Of a DNA stretch of 64,000 nt, positions 28,405-39,822 are shown piece by piece. How positions within the stretch are numbered: the stretch's first letter is position 1; every line of letters begins with the position of its first letter. The stretch lies in NCBI RefSeq assembly GCF_036321535.1, contig NC_087436.1, positions 63,862,001 through 63,926,000 on the forward strand, given 5' to 3'. The position numbers and the translations under genes were made by a program. The notes beneath the pieces were generated by a model that worked only from the letters and a program-made list of their open reading frames with translations, did not search any database and was not told the origin of the DNA. This DNA is from Camelus dromedarius (lineage: Eukaryota).

Positions 28405-29072
28405 CTCAGGTCAATCAGAGTGGACAAATCAGTCTCTGAAAATGACGCGTGCAAAGGAGTCACTAGTATGTCAAACTCTCCGTGATCTACCTGGTCCTGA
28501 AGGACCCCCAGATGCAGCTCTGGTGCTACTGGAGTGCACGCGCGCCTTTCCTGCACCTGCAGGAGAGGCCTTCCTAATGAGAGACCATTATACTCTGACT
28601 ATCAAGTTCTCAAAAACAGTTTTCTCTTCTTCCTGTTACTGGTACTTCCTAATGATGATACCCATGGAGTCAAAAAGCACCTAAGTGTATATGACTGTAA
28701 GTGGAAAAATAGGAGCCAGAAATCAGGTATTAGCAGTTTATTCACTTTCATTTGTATGTGGACTTTTAATATGAGTGCAGGACGTAAAGTATTAATGCAA
28801 GTGAAAAAGTTTCAGTGAAGAAGCTTCAGCAGTTCAATTTTACAATTATAAATAAGCCTGTTACATTTTTCTGGACGATGTCAGCATTTGGATTTTTTTA
28901 AACAAGTGAATTTTTCACTGGTGGCAGTTAAATGGTGTTTATAGCATTTTTATCATACAGTAGATTCACCATACTTTTCTGAGTTGTCTTACAAGCAAGT
29001 ACATGTTTTCAGTGTTCTCTGTTTTCTGTTTTTTTGGTAAATTTGTTATTAAAAGATATTAAACTATAAAAA
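28405..29072 (+). pseudogene. H3F3A: Processed retrocopy of histone H3.3 mRNA; 3'UTR intact, coding part scrambled and incomplete
   Basis: 28607-29067 is colinear with the H3F3A 3'UTR as I recall it (tttctcttcttcctgtta, gtggaaaaatagg..cagaaatcaggtatt, aaatggtgttt.tagcatttttatcatacagtagattc, caagtacatgtttt, attaaactat). ATTAAA at 29048 and 29058, then a short A tail. No introns. Confidence 0.9.
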
Positions 29073-29369
29073 GACATCAGACAATATGATTATACCTTAT
29101 GATATTTTTATAAGTTTTAAATACTTTGTATTTAAGTAACCAGAAATTTGGATTAAAATAATTATATAGTTCATCTACATTTTTTTAAATGAATGATTTA
29201 ACTGAATGACATTTAATATCATTCCTAAATTTACGAGACAACAGATTCTTCCAACTTTTAGGATAACCTCAAGCACAAGGAGATAACTCCTCTAAACATT
29301 TTGTTGTTAAGACATTTTTGCATATATGTCACATCTAAATAAACCATAAACTTCTTGAATGTGGAGGCT

Positions 29370-29600
29370 ACCAGGTCAAGATATAATATAATAAAGAGAG
29401 CACAGAGTTGGACAGAGGGCTCCAGAATTTGAATTCAGTCTGTTTCTTACTAACTCAATAAATGTGGTCACAACTCAAATTCTCTGATGCTCAGATTGTT
29501 CAATGATATAAGGCGTGTAATGATACCTCCTTCAAAAAACTTTTGTGGAATTAAATATGATATACATAAAAATCATCTTTCATAATGCCAAAAAAAGTTT
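29370..29600 (+). mobile_element. MIR fragment
   Basis: aaagagagcacagagttggacag...tctctgatgctcagattgttcaatgatataagg...gtggaattaaatatgata. Confidence 0.65.
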
Positions 29601-29833
29601 GTTCTTTCCCTTTTACCTTTTGTGAACCTAAGGCCTTAGGGCAGTTCCTTGTATGGTAAACATTCAACACAAAATGTGCTGAGGATAATATGGTATTCCT
29701 TTATAACTTTTATAAACTAGTGTATCATCACTAGTTTTTTAGTAATTATTTTCTAATATACCCCAAAGATATGGGAAATAGTTGCTCTACTGCATATACA
29801 CATATATATGAAACTGTTAATGACTAAAGTCTA

Positions 29834-29972
29834 GGAGGGAAGGTATAGCTCAAGTGGTAGACTGCATACTTAGCATGCAGGAGGTCCTAGGTTCAATCCC
29901 CAGTACTTCCTCTAAAAAGAAATAAACCTAATTACTTCCCCGCAAAACAAACAAACAAAACAAAAAAACAAA
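29834..29972 (+). mobile_element. tRNA-derived SINE of camelid type (Vic-1-like)
   Basis: G-rich start, Pol III A box tagctcaagtgg (29846-29857), B box ggttcaatcc (29890-29899), then aataaacctaattac and an (A)nC tail. Confidence 0.85.
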
Positions 29973-30074
29973 CTTGTGAAAGTCAATGATCCATTGCTGA
30001 AAATATACAACTTATGGGGAAAAGCAAAGATACTCATTTCCTTATCAAAACATACAACAGAACTCCGATAATCA

Positions 30075-30664
30075 GTGCTGGCATCCTAATTTTTTTTTTC
30101 TCCTCATGAGAACTTGGTAGGATTGTACTTCCCTCTCTCCAGGAAGCTAAATATGGCCATCTTTTGGCCAACCAAACTTAAACAGAAGTGGTGTGACTCA
30201 TTCCCAGGCAGATGCTTAAAGAGCCAACATGCAGGTCTCCATGCGTTATCTCCCTCTGTCCTGACAGACACGTTCTGGAGAGCAGTGGTTCCCAAGTATT
30301 ACTTGTGCCACCATAGGGGATGTTTGGCAAGGTCTGGAGACATTTTTGGTTGGCCCGACTGTAAAGGATGTTACCTACATCTAGTGAGTAAAAATTAGGT
30401 CTGCATTAAATATTTTACAAGCACTCACAAGACAACCCAGACCTCTCCCACCCTCAGGCAACAAAAAATTGGCCAGGCAAAAATGTCAACATTGCCACCA
30501 TTAAAAAACCCTAGCTTGGAGAAAGGAAGATTTGGATGGTAGTTCCTAGCTGTCCAGAAATGGACAAGAAGCATAACCAAGAAATAAGGCTTAGTTATTT
30601 CAGACCACTAAGAATTTCAGATTGTGTGTTATCACAGCACAGCCTAACTTTTCCTAAATGACAC
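30075..30664 (+). mobile_element. MaLR LTR (MLT1I/H-like) split by MER20
   Basis: gattgtacttccc...cagaagtggtgtg...ttaaagagcca, resuming after the MER20 and ending gttatcacagcacagcctaac...gacaca. Confidence 0.65.
30283..30513 (+). mobile_element. MER20 (hAT-Charlie)
   Basis: cagtggtt...tttggcaaggtctggagacatttttggttg...aaaatgtcaac...aaaccct. Confidence 0.85.
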
Positions 30665-32384
30665 ATTTATTTTGCAATTTGAGTGAAATTAGGGCACCAT
30701 GGGCTTTCCCAAGCAATGTTTAAGTAATTTGGTTCTGATATTTCTGGATTTAGTATCCACTGAACACATGACTGCTGGGATTAAAATTGAGGTTGAAATT
30801 TGTTTAAAATGGAAAATAAATTGATCAATTCAAATTTCAAGATAGTTCAGCTTGTCTTTAGAGAGAAATGATTGCTCATGAGAAGCATCTGGTTTTAATG
30901 CCTCATGTCCTTGCTCTAGGAAACCCAACAATCCAGTCAAATGCTTGAGGGGAAAAAAAAAGATTATGAAATTTGCTTTATAAAATAAAACTGCAGTTTA
31001 TTGAAAAAAATGAATTTTCTATTTCTTTTAGTTAAATAGTTTAGTAATTTCTACTATTTTGCCACGAAAAATTTTGATGCACATATTGAAGTAATCACAA
31101 AAAATGCTGTTTGACTTACACTGTTATGGAATAAAAGTTAGAGAAAATAAGAAAAAGCAAAAGTTATAAAGAGGAGTTTTTTTTCCTAAAAGAAATAGTT
31201 CTTTTGATGAAAAATGTTTGTTGTGGTATCAGGCAGATATAAAAGTCTCATGCAATTTTAATTTGTTTTCAAAGTCACATACTTTTTCTCCTGAAGAGAT
31301 TCAATTTACTTTTTCACTTACTACTTTCAATAGTTAATATATTTACGTAGTTCAAAGAATTAAAATATATGAAAATATAAACAGTGAAAAAATTTCCTCC
31401 CAGGCTAGGCTGCAACCTCTGGCTACATAGGTGTGTGATATAAAACTACTCATGAATGGCACCACCTGGAGCTGGACATGCTGTTGTGCTATATCCAGTC
31501 TCATCATGCTAATAACCTCATTCACAGTAAACCTGTTATTAGTTTCATCTGGCTATGCATATATTCATTCCCTTATAAATTCATGTGCATATACAACATA
31601 TCCATATTCATAGGTGATATATGCATGCAAATACAGATACATGCATCCATATGCATATGGAAACAAATGTATATTGAAGTTTTTTCCTCTCTTTTCACTG
31701 TTTTTCTTACTAAGCACATCTATAGGCTAGCACATGATTTCCATGTCCATCTACAACAAAAAGTTCTCAAAGGAAAAATCAGATTGTTCTACATGGTAAC
31801 TAAATGACTACTCGAAGGCTCTCATTTCCAAGTCTGCCGTTCCTAGCAATAGCCCTTAATTGAGTTTTGCTTCCACAACTTATCCTATTGACATTGTTAC
31901 CACACATAATTTATATTCCCTGTTATATATCTGATGGTCTATTGCCTAATACTGTGTCAATGATTGATAAATGCCTTGAGTGTTACCCCTCAGAGAGAAA
32001 TATATACTGTGATTTTTTTTCATTCTCACTAATATATTATGTGAGGTTAAGTTTTAAAATGTTTAAAATATATGTTATGTTTGGCAACTTTCATTTAAAA
32101 GAGATTTGAAAAATCCTGTGTTGGTTGATACTGGAATCTCAATATTTAAATCTCCCCTTCTAGGTATCAATGCAAATGGCCTTCAAAATACGAAAATGGG
32201 GGAAATATGTATTGACCTTGGAAATGAAAAATGTACTATCCATGTCCTAAAATTGTCAAAGTGTTTCTAAATTATATAATGCAGATTGACTCAGACTAGG
32301 AGCCATAGGGGACCAACTGATCATCCACATCTTTCTGAAAGAGATGTGCACACAGGAAACACATAAAGAAGGCCCTCAGACTAC

Positions 32385-34618
32385 CTCAAATGACAAAACT
32401 TCTGCATAGTAAAAGAAGCAGTCAGCAAAATGAAAAGGAAACCTACAGAATAGGAGAAAATATTTGTAAACCAAATATCTGAGAGGGGTTAATATTCAAA
32501 ATACATATGAAACTTATACAACTCAATAGCAAAACACAAAAATTTGATTAACAAGGGCATAATTTCCAGAATATACAAACAGCTCATACAACTCAATAAC
32601 AAAAAACCAAACAAACCAATCCAAAAATGGGCAGAAGACCTAAATAAGCAGTTCTCCAATGAAGATATACAAATGGCCAATACACACATGAAAAAATGCT
32701 CAGTTTGCTAGTTATCAGAGAAATGCAAATCAATACTACAATAAGGTATTACCTCACACCAGTCAGAATGGCCATCATTATAAAGTCCACAAATGATAAA
32801 TGCTGGAGTGGGTGTGGAGAAAAGGGAACCCTCCTATACTGTTGGTGGGAATGTACTTTGGTGCAGCCACTATGGACAATAGTATGGAGATTCCTTTAAA
32901 AACTAAAAATATTAGTTGTATAAAGAATAGATAAAAAACTAAAAGTAGATTTACCATATGATCCAGCAATCCCACTCCTAAGCATATATCTGAAGGGAAC
33001 TCTAATTTGAAAAGATACATGCACCCCAATGTTCATAGCAGCACTATTTACAATAGCCAAGATATGGAAGCAACCTAAATGTCCATTGACAGATGACTAG
33101 ATAAAGAAGCTGTGGTATATTTATGCAATGGAATACTACTCAGCCATAAAAAAGAATGAACTAATGCCATTTGCAGCAACATGGATAGACTCGGAGATTA
33201 TCATATTAAGCGAAGTAAGCCAGAAAGAGAAAGAAAAATACCATACGATATCACTTATACAAGGAATCTAAAAGAAAGACACAAATGAACTTATTTACAA
33301 CACAGGAAAAGACTCACAGACATAGAAAACAAACATAGTTACTGAGGGTGAAGGGTATGGGAAGGGATAAATTGGGAGTTCAAGATTTGTAGATACTAAC
33401 TACTATATATAAAATAGATAAACAACAAGTTTATACTGTATGGCACAGGGAATTGTATTCAATATCTTGTAGTAACCGATAATGAAAAAGAATATGGAAA
33501 CAAGTATATGTATGTATGACTGAAACATTACGCTGTACACCAGAAACTGACAAAACATTGAAAACTGATTATGCTTAAATTTAAAAAAAATTAAGAAATA
33601 AAATAAAATATGGATGTATGCCTTGAACAGACATTTTTCCAAAGAAGACAATACAGATAGCCAACAAATACATGAAAAAGTGCTAAGAAATAACAATCAA
33701 AACCACAATGAGATATCCCGTTAGAAAGGCTATTATCAAAAAGACAAGAGAGAACAAGTATCCACAAAAGTGTGGAGAAAAGGTAATTTGTATGCTGCTA
33801 ACAGATATAAATTGGTGTAGCAACTATGGAAAACAGTATGAAGATTCCTCAAAGAATTGAAAACATAACTACCATATGATCCAGCAATCCCACTTCTGGA
33901 TATTTCAAAAGATGATAAATTTACTACCTTGAATAGATATCTGCAAGTCCACATTCATTGCTATATTATTCATAATTGCCAAGATATGGAAACTAAGTGT
34001 CCATGCATGAAAGAATGGATACAGGAATGTAACATATATATACACATATATTTTATATATAATACAGTACATATATAATTTATATTATATTTTCATGCAT
34101 ATACATGTGTATACACACAAAGGAATATTATTCAGTCATAAAAATGAAGAAAATCCTGCTGCTTGAGACAATATGGATAGATTTTGAAGGTGTTACACTA
34201 AGTGAAATAAGTCAGACAGAGAAAGACAAATGTTGCATTCTCTCACTTGTATGTGGAATCTAATAAAGTCGAACTCATAGAGAGTAGAATGATGGTTGCC
34301 AGAAGCTGGGAGTGGGAGAAATGGGGGGAAGTTAATTAAAGGGAACAAACTGCAGCTTTAAGATGAGTAAGTTCTGTGTATCTCATGAAAGCATGGTGAC
34401 TATAACTAACAGCATGGTATTATATACTTTAAAGTTGCTAGAAGAATAAATCTTAAATATAAACACCATAAAAATAAGTTAATTGAGGGGATGGAAAAGT
34501 TAACTAACCTTATTATGATAATCATTTCACAATATATACTTATACCAAATCATCCCACTGTATATTTTAAACTGGCATATGGCATATGTCAATAATAGCT
34601 CAATAACTGGGAAAAAAA
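32385..34618 (+). mobile_element. Old L1 (L1MA8/9-like) 3' part, interrupted by a younger L1
   Basis: ORF2 end motifs at 32385-32545 resume at ~33605; the 3'UTR ends atatgtcaataatagctcaataactgggaaaaaaa. Confidence 0.88.
32546..33604 (+). mobile_element. Younger camelid-type L1 3' end nested in the old L1
   Basis: ORF 32696-32899 ([35 protein letters not shown]) is the ORF2 Cys-rich domain. Lineage-type 3'UTR gatttgtagatactaactactatatataaaatagataaacaacaag, then an A tail. Confidence 0.92.
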
Positions 34619-35465
34619 GGCCCTAAAAATGTAACACAATAGTATTCTCTAAGACAGGTGAGGACTTTGATTTCTTCTCAAAATAAACAATAAACCACCT
34701 CACCACACTAAAAGTAATGAAATGATACCACAAGGAAGAAGAAAAAGTCAATCCAAAAAAAAATTTTTAAATCTTTCCTGTGTAATACATTTCCTACAAG
34801 AAATTATACTATTAGAAAAATATCTGTCATCTTTGGAAAATTGAAAATATGCTATAGAAAAGTGTAACTGAAAAACATTTCAATTTCCCCCTTAACAGTG
34901 ATCATTTTTGTCTGTTTAACTGGATATAACACAGTTTATCCTCAAAATTTCTCATAAAAGAGAAAATATGACCTCATGAGGTTAATGAGATTTTATCTCT
35001 AGGTAATTTTAATTTTGGGCAGAATCATGTGGAGAATGAACACAGTTGGAGTTGAGATATTTGATGACCTTTCTACATGATAAAATTCTTGAATTTTTTT
35101 AATGCTTCATGGTTTAGTTTGCCTTTCTGTTTCCTAAGTTAACCCATGATCCTTTCAATGAGTCCCTTTTTTGCTCACTGGATTTGGTGTTCTAGCACCT
35201 AAAACAGCAAATAAACTTCACTGAATTTTTGTATCATCAGAATCAAAACACATCTTTGCTATCAGAGCAACTAATCATGAGAAAAGGAAAACAATATGAG
35301 ATCTGGAAAATTTGCAACAACATAAAAACACAAGATCAAAATTTCAAATATAATGTAGGCTTTGAAAAACAAGTTAACAACTAAAGAAAATATATTAGTA
35401 AAAACGAAGACTATTAGAATTTACCCACAATTCTGAGGTTCATAAAGAAATTTTAAAAATTATTT

Positions 35466-35853
35466 TTACAGACCGAATGAACACTTGCATCTCCCATTCC
35501 TATGTCGTAGTCGTAACACGCAGTGTGGCTGTATTTGGAGATGGAAGGAATTAAGGTTAAAGGAGGCCTTAAGCGTGGGACCCTGATCCCCTCAGATGAG
35601 TGTCCCTATAAGAAGACAAATGAGAGAGCTCTCTTTCTGTATCTCTTTCCCTGCATCCATGCACCAGAGAAAGATCATGTGAACACATAACTAGGAAGCT
35701 GCCATCTGCAAGCCAAGAAGGGAGACTCAACCGGAAACCAAATCTGCCAGAGCCTTAATCGTGGACCAGCCTCCAGAACTGTGAAAAAAGGTTTCTGTTG
35801 TTTAAGGCACCCAGCCTGTGGTATTTTGTCATGGCAGCTTGAGCAGACTGACA
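35466..35853 (+). mobile_element. MaLR LTR (MLT1A-like)
   Basis: gtgtggctgtatttggagatgg...gccatctgcaagccaagaag...cctccagaactgtga...gtggtattttgtcatggcagc. Confidence 0.85.
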
Positions 35854-36573
35854 AACAAGGATGAAAGAAAAAGGAGCTAGATCCAGGAAACTTAATCTAC
35901 GGGGGAAAAAAAGGACTTAAACAATTCATGATAGTATAAAGCACCAGATCCAAAATAATAAATAACAGAAACATTCTTAAGCTGAAAATGAACATTAGCC
36001 TGAATATTTAAAGGGTTCACCAAGGACAAAGAAAAAATAAAAATAAATGTATACATACATAAAAAATAAGTATTTTAATGAATGAAGAACATTTCTGCAA
36101 ATATCAAGAGAAAAGGCTTACCTACATCAAATAAAACTGCATTCAATTATCTACTCTACAATAATAAATAACAATAAAATGGATTAATGCTTGTAGTATT
36201 TGGAAAAAAAAAGTATTGGTACTTAAGAATGCTATGTCACAATTACTAACATTTTTTAGGGCAATGAACTAAACAGATTAGGCTAAATATTGTAACTAAA
36301 CACCTCAGCATTTCAATGGATTGACACAATCAAGATTTATTTCTCACTCATGTCACAATTCACCTTGGCTTGAAGAAGGGGGCCCACCCTCTCTGTTCCA
36401 TGAAATCATTCAGGGACACAGATTTCTTCCATGCTTAGCCCAGAAGAGACATACCATTTCTTCAAACTCCACGGACAATACCTACTAACATGGCCAGGCT
36501 TCAATGTAAGGGATGGGAAAAGGTATTTAGCTGCCTGCTTAGGTAAAGGAAACACGTCTGACAAACATCTAAC

Positions 36574-36751
36574 CAGCACTATCAAATAGAACTTTCTGTA
36601 ATAATGGAAATATTCTGCTGCACAGTCTAATATGGTAGACACTAGCCATGTGTGCTGTTAAGCCCTTGAAATGCGGCTAATGTGACAGAGAAAAAGAATT
36701 TAAATGTAAAAAGCCACATGAGAGTGATGGCTTTCCTACTGGAGAATGCAG
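36574..36751. mobile_element. MER3 (hAT-Charlie)
   Basis: caaatagaactttctgtaataatggaaatattct...cttgaaatgcggctaatgtgac...agccacatg. Confidence 0.8.
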
Positions 36752-36885
36752 ACCACCTGCACAGGCTGATAAGGTTTATGTTCAAAGATGCTCACTGGAC
36801 ACTACTGGTAATAATAAAAATTTGGAGACACAAAACAAAAATCAACTAACTTAGGAGGTTGTGATATGACTCCCTCCAGCAAACG

Positions 36886-36935
36886 GTTAAAATATATCTG
36901 TTAAAATATATCTGTTACAATATATCTGTTAAATA
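36886..36935. repeat. 14-bp tandem repeat GTTAAAATATATCT, about 3.5 copies
   Basis: Units start at 36886, 36900 and 36914 (one mismatch), with a partial unit at 36928. Confidence 0.9.
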
Positions 36936-37070
36936 CTGGTATTTAGATTCTGGTCCTGTGGAGGCTAGAAATTTAGGAGAATTGGTAGGAAATATCAGAG
37001 TATCAGAAAAGGCTGGCTCCTCTAAAACTTCAGTGAGGTACTGCAAAGAAGGACCACCTTCAGTCTAAGG

Positions 37071-37235
37071 CAATTATTCTCAAACTGCAGTCTCAAACCA
37101 GCAATATTAGCCTCACGTGGGAGCTTGTTGGGAAAGGAAATTCTCCAGCCTCACCCCAGACATGCTGAATCAGTAATCTGTGTTCAGTCAGCCCTCTTGG
37201 TGATCCTGCCACGTGGTAAAGTTTGAGAACCACTG
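37071..37235. mobile_element. MER5A (hAT-Charlie)
   Basis: ttctcaaact...gggagcttgtt..aaattctccagcctcaccccagac..ctgaatcag...agtttgagaaccactg. Confidence 0.85.
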
Positions 37236-37243
37236 ATATAAGG

Positions 37244-37407
37244 CAAAAGTTCTCAACCCTAGTTGCTTGTTAGAATTACCAAGAGAATTTTAAAAATAGG
37301 GTTGGCTCCATCCTCAGAGATTTTTATTTAATTGTTATGTGGTTGGGCCAAGTATTTTTAAAAGCTCCCTGGGTGACTCAAATGTACAAACAGAATTGAG
37401 AACCAAA
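37244..37407. mobile_element. MER5-family element (second, adjacent copy)
   Basis: gttctcaacc...ttagaattacc...ttttaaaagctccctgggtgactc...ttgagaacca. Confidence 0.75.
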
Positions 37408-37794
37408 ACTGAGGTGACCCAAACTGAAAGCAGTAAAGGAAACAGAACGCAATTTTCGCACAAATGACATTGTCTGCTTATGGTCTACAGCACAAAACTG
37501 CTGAAGGTCAGTCATGACTTTGGATCATTATAATAGCATGGTTCTCTATATCATTTTAAATTTCAGCAACTGAGCAAGGACTAGGGAGTAGGAATCCAAA
37601 AAGAAGTGAGGACTGGGACCTCGGTGGTGCCAGGAAAGTGAGAAAGTCTGAAGCCCCAGCCGAGCCAGCTGCACATGCCACCTGACAAAGCCCTGAGAGA
37701 CATTCCGGGATGCTGCTTCCCTTGACTCTCCCTCTCGGCCCAGTGTTGCTCATTGCTCTGTGGAAGAAGCCAGGGCCTGAGCAGGACAAAGTAT

Positions 37795-38022
37795 CATGAG
37801 CGTGGTCGCACGCACAGACTCAGGAGCCAAACTGCCTCAGATGAATTCTGGCTCTGCCTCTTATTAGCTGCGCAAAACGGGGAAATGAGTGAACCCTTTT
37901 ATGCCTCACTTTCCTTCTCCAAGATGGGGATAATACTACTTTACTTACCCCATAGGGCTGCTGAGAAGGAAGAATGAGTGAAGGCATTGTTCATAAACTT
38001 AAAACAGTGCCTGACACTTATT
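37795..38022 (+). mobile_element. MIR
   Basis: ggagccaaactgcct..gaattctggctctgcctcttattagctg...atggggataata...aaaacagtgcctgacac. Confidence 0.8.
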
Positions 38023-38289
38023 GTTAGACTTAGACACAAGAGTAAAGACAGAGCCCCTGTTAGCTCGTTGCTAAGAAACAAAAACCAAAAAGGCAGCTCA
38101 ACATCAAATGATTATTAGTTAGGCACTGGTTACTAGCTATAAAAATAATTATGCACACATTATATATGATATATAATTATATATATTTAACATATTACAT
38201 GCTATAATATATACAATTATATGTGTGTATATATATAGATAATTTCTAGACACCATTCTAAAAAACAGCAAACAGCAAAACAGAACATG

Positions 38290-38900
38290 CCTCTTAGTGA
38301 GAGACCACATTCGAGCATTTTAGTGGGGTGACAGAAAATACACAAATAATATATAATAGGTAAATATAAGCACTATGAAGAAAAAAAATTATGAGAAATG
38401 ACATTTGAGAAGCAACTTGAAAGAAATGAGGAAAATCATGTTTATACCTGAGGTCAGAAAAATAGAACCAGAGGGAACAGCAGTACAAAAGCCCCGGGGC
38501 ATTATGAGCTTGAAGTGTTCACCAAACGGCAAAAAAACAGTGTGGTTAGAACGGACTGAGCAAGGTAGAGCTCATCAGAGAATGAGGTTTCAGAGACGGT
38601 TGTGGCCCAGACCTTACAGGGTATGGTCAGGATTTTAAATTTTATTTTTAAATAATGAGAAGACAAGATTGTTCGGGCAGAGGCGTTTACTTGACCTGAC
38701 ATAAAACTTCAAAATAAAATCTACTCTGGTTGTTATGTAGTGAACTTACAGTCGTAGGACAGAAGTAGAGGTGGCAGGCTAGTTAGGAAGCTTTTGCACA
38801 TGAAGTCTGTTGTCCAGGCAGGGGATTATACTGGCTTAAATTGAGATGACGGTAGAAATGGTGATAATTAGTCAGATTCTGAATAAACTTGGGTTTGTGT
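38290..38900 (-). mobile_element. L2 fragment
   Basis: gacatttgag...gagggaacagcagtacaaaagccc...gttaggaagct...gtccaggca. Confidence 0.7.
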
Positions 38901-39822
38901 ATATGATTTACGAGAGTGTTTTGCCCAAGAAAATAGGTGAATTACAGGGCCAGATAAAGACTATGAGAAGAACTACCAGTCCGGCCTCGTTAAATTTGAA
39001 CTTCCTCCATGGAGGCTCCAAGGAAGAGATGGAAATGCAATTCTGATGCTCAAGGGAAACATAGGGGCTATATTTAAATCCATGAAAATACATGAGGAAG
39101 TGAGTGTAAATGGGGGGGGGGGGAGTGGAATCAAATTGCCTGGCATCCCACTGATTTAAGAGACGTGTTTGCCACCCAGACCTGGCTGGCTACCAGAAGC
39201 CTATGATTACTTAATCCCTGAAGCCGTTTCAAGATTTCCTAAACTCATGTAAATAGGAAGAGAACTTCCAAGGTAGTATCATCCACAGACAAAAATCCTC
39301 CCATATCCCCTTGAAAAGTGATCATGGAGAACACTGGGAGAAGGAGGCTCCATCCATTCTCATGTGTAGGAAATATGGCTGCTTCCTTGTAGACTCATTG
39401 TTGAGCCAAGTGGAAAATAATTTAGAGACCATTACCTAGTAGAATACAATCTGTACCCTGGTGCTCTGATTGCTGCATGTTGTTTTTCATTTTCCCTGTT
39501 TTTTTAAAAAGAGGTCTTACTGTGTTTGTTTTGTCTTCTTGTTTTTATTTTAAAATGCATATGTGGAGGTGATTTTTTTTAAAATATTTTAGCCCCAAAG
39601 TGGCCAGATCATGAAGTGGTACACTCAGACCTGATTGAGGGAACTGAACCACAATCCAGAGATTTAAATGCAGTAACTGAACAAGATTTCAGGTGGTGTT
39701 CTAATGGAGGAGAATAAACATGCTTTCAGTCACACATGAACTAATTGCCTTATCTCAGTATGGGCATTTTTGCAAGTTTAAGTATTGGTAAAAGGGTGTA
39801 GATGTGTCTATCAAAGACGAAA

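Noticed and set aside
28226..28441. 5' part of the 152-aa ORF as real coding sequence
   Set aside because: It starts at a non-ATG codon and runs mostly through antisense L1 sequence.
28408..28445. Immunoglobulin-like peptide VSLTCLVRDFY in the non-reversed complement
   Set aside because: Not a biologically readable orientation; treated as chance.
28405..28530. Retroviral integrase fragment (SGQSEWTNQSLK resembles SSGQVERxNxxLK)
   Set aside because: Short resemblance only, with no LTR or other pol context. Contiguity with the H3F3A 3'UTR makes an H3-derived origin more parsimonious.
29842..29912. tRNA gene
   Set aside because: A/B boxes are present, but the G-rich leader, unique 3' body and A-rich tail indicate a SINE.
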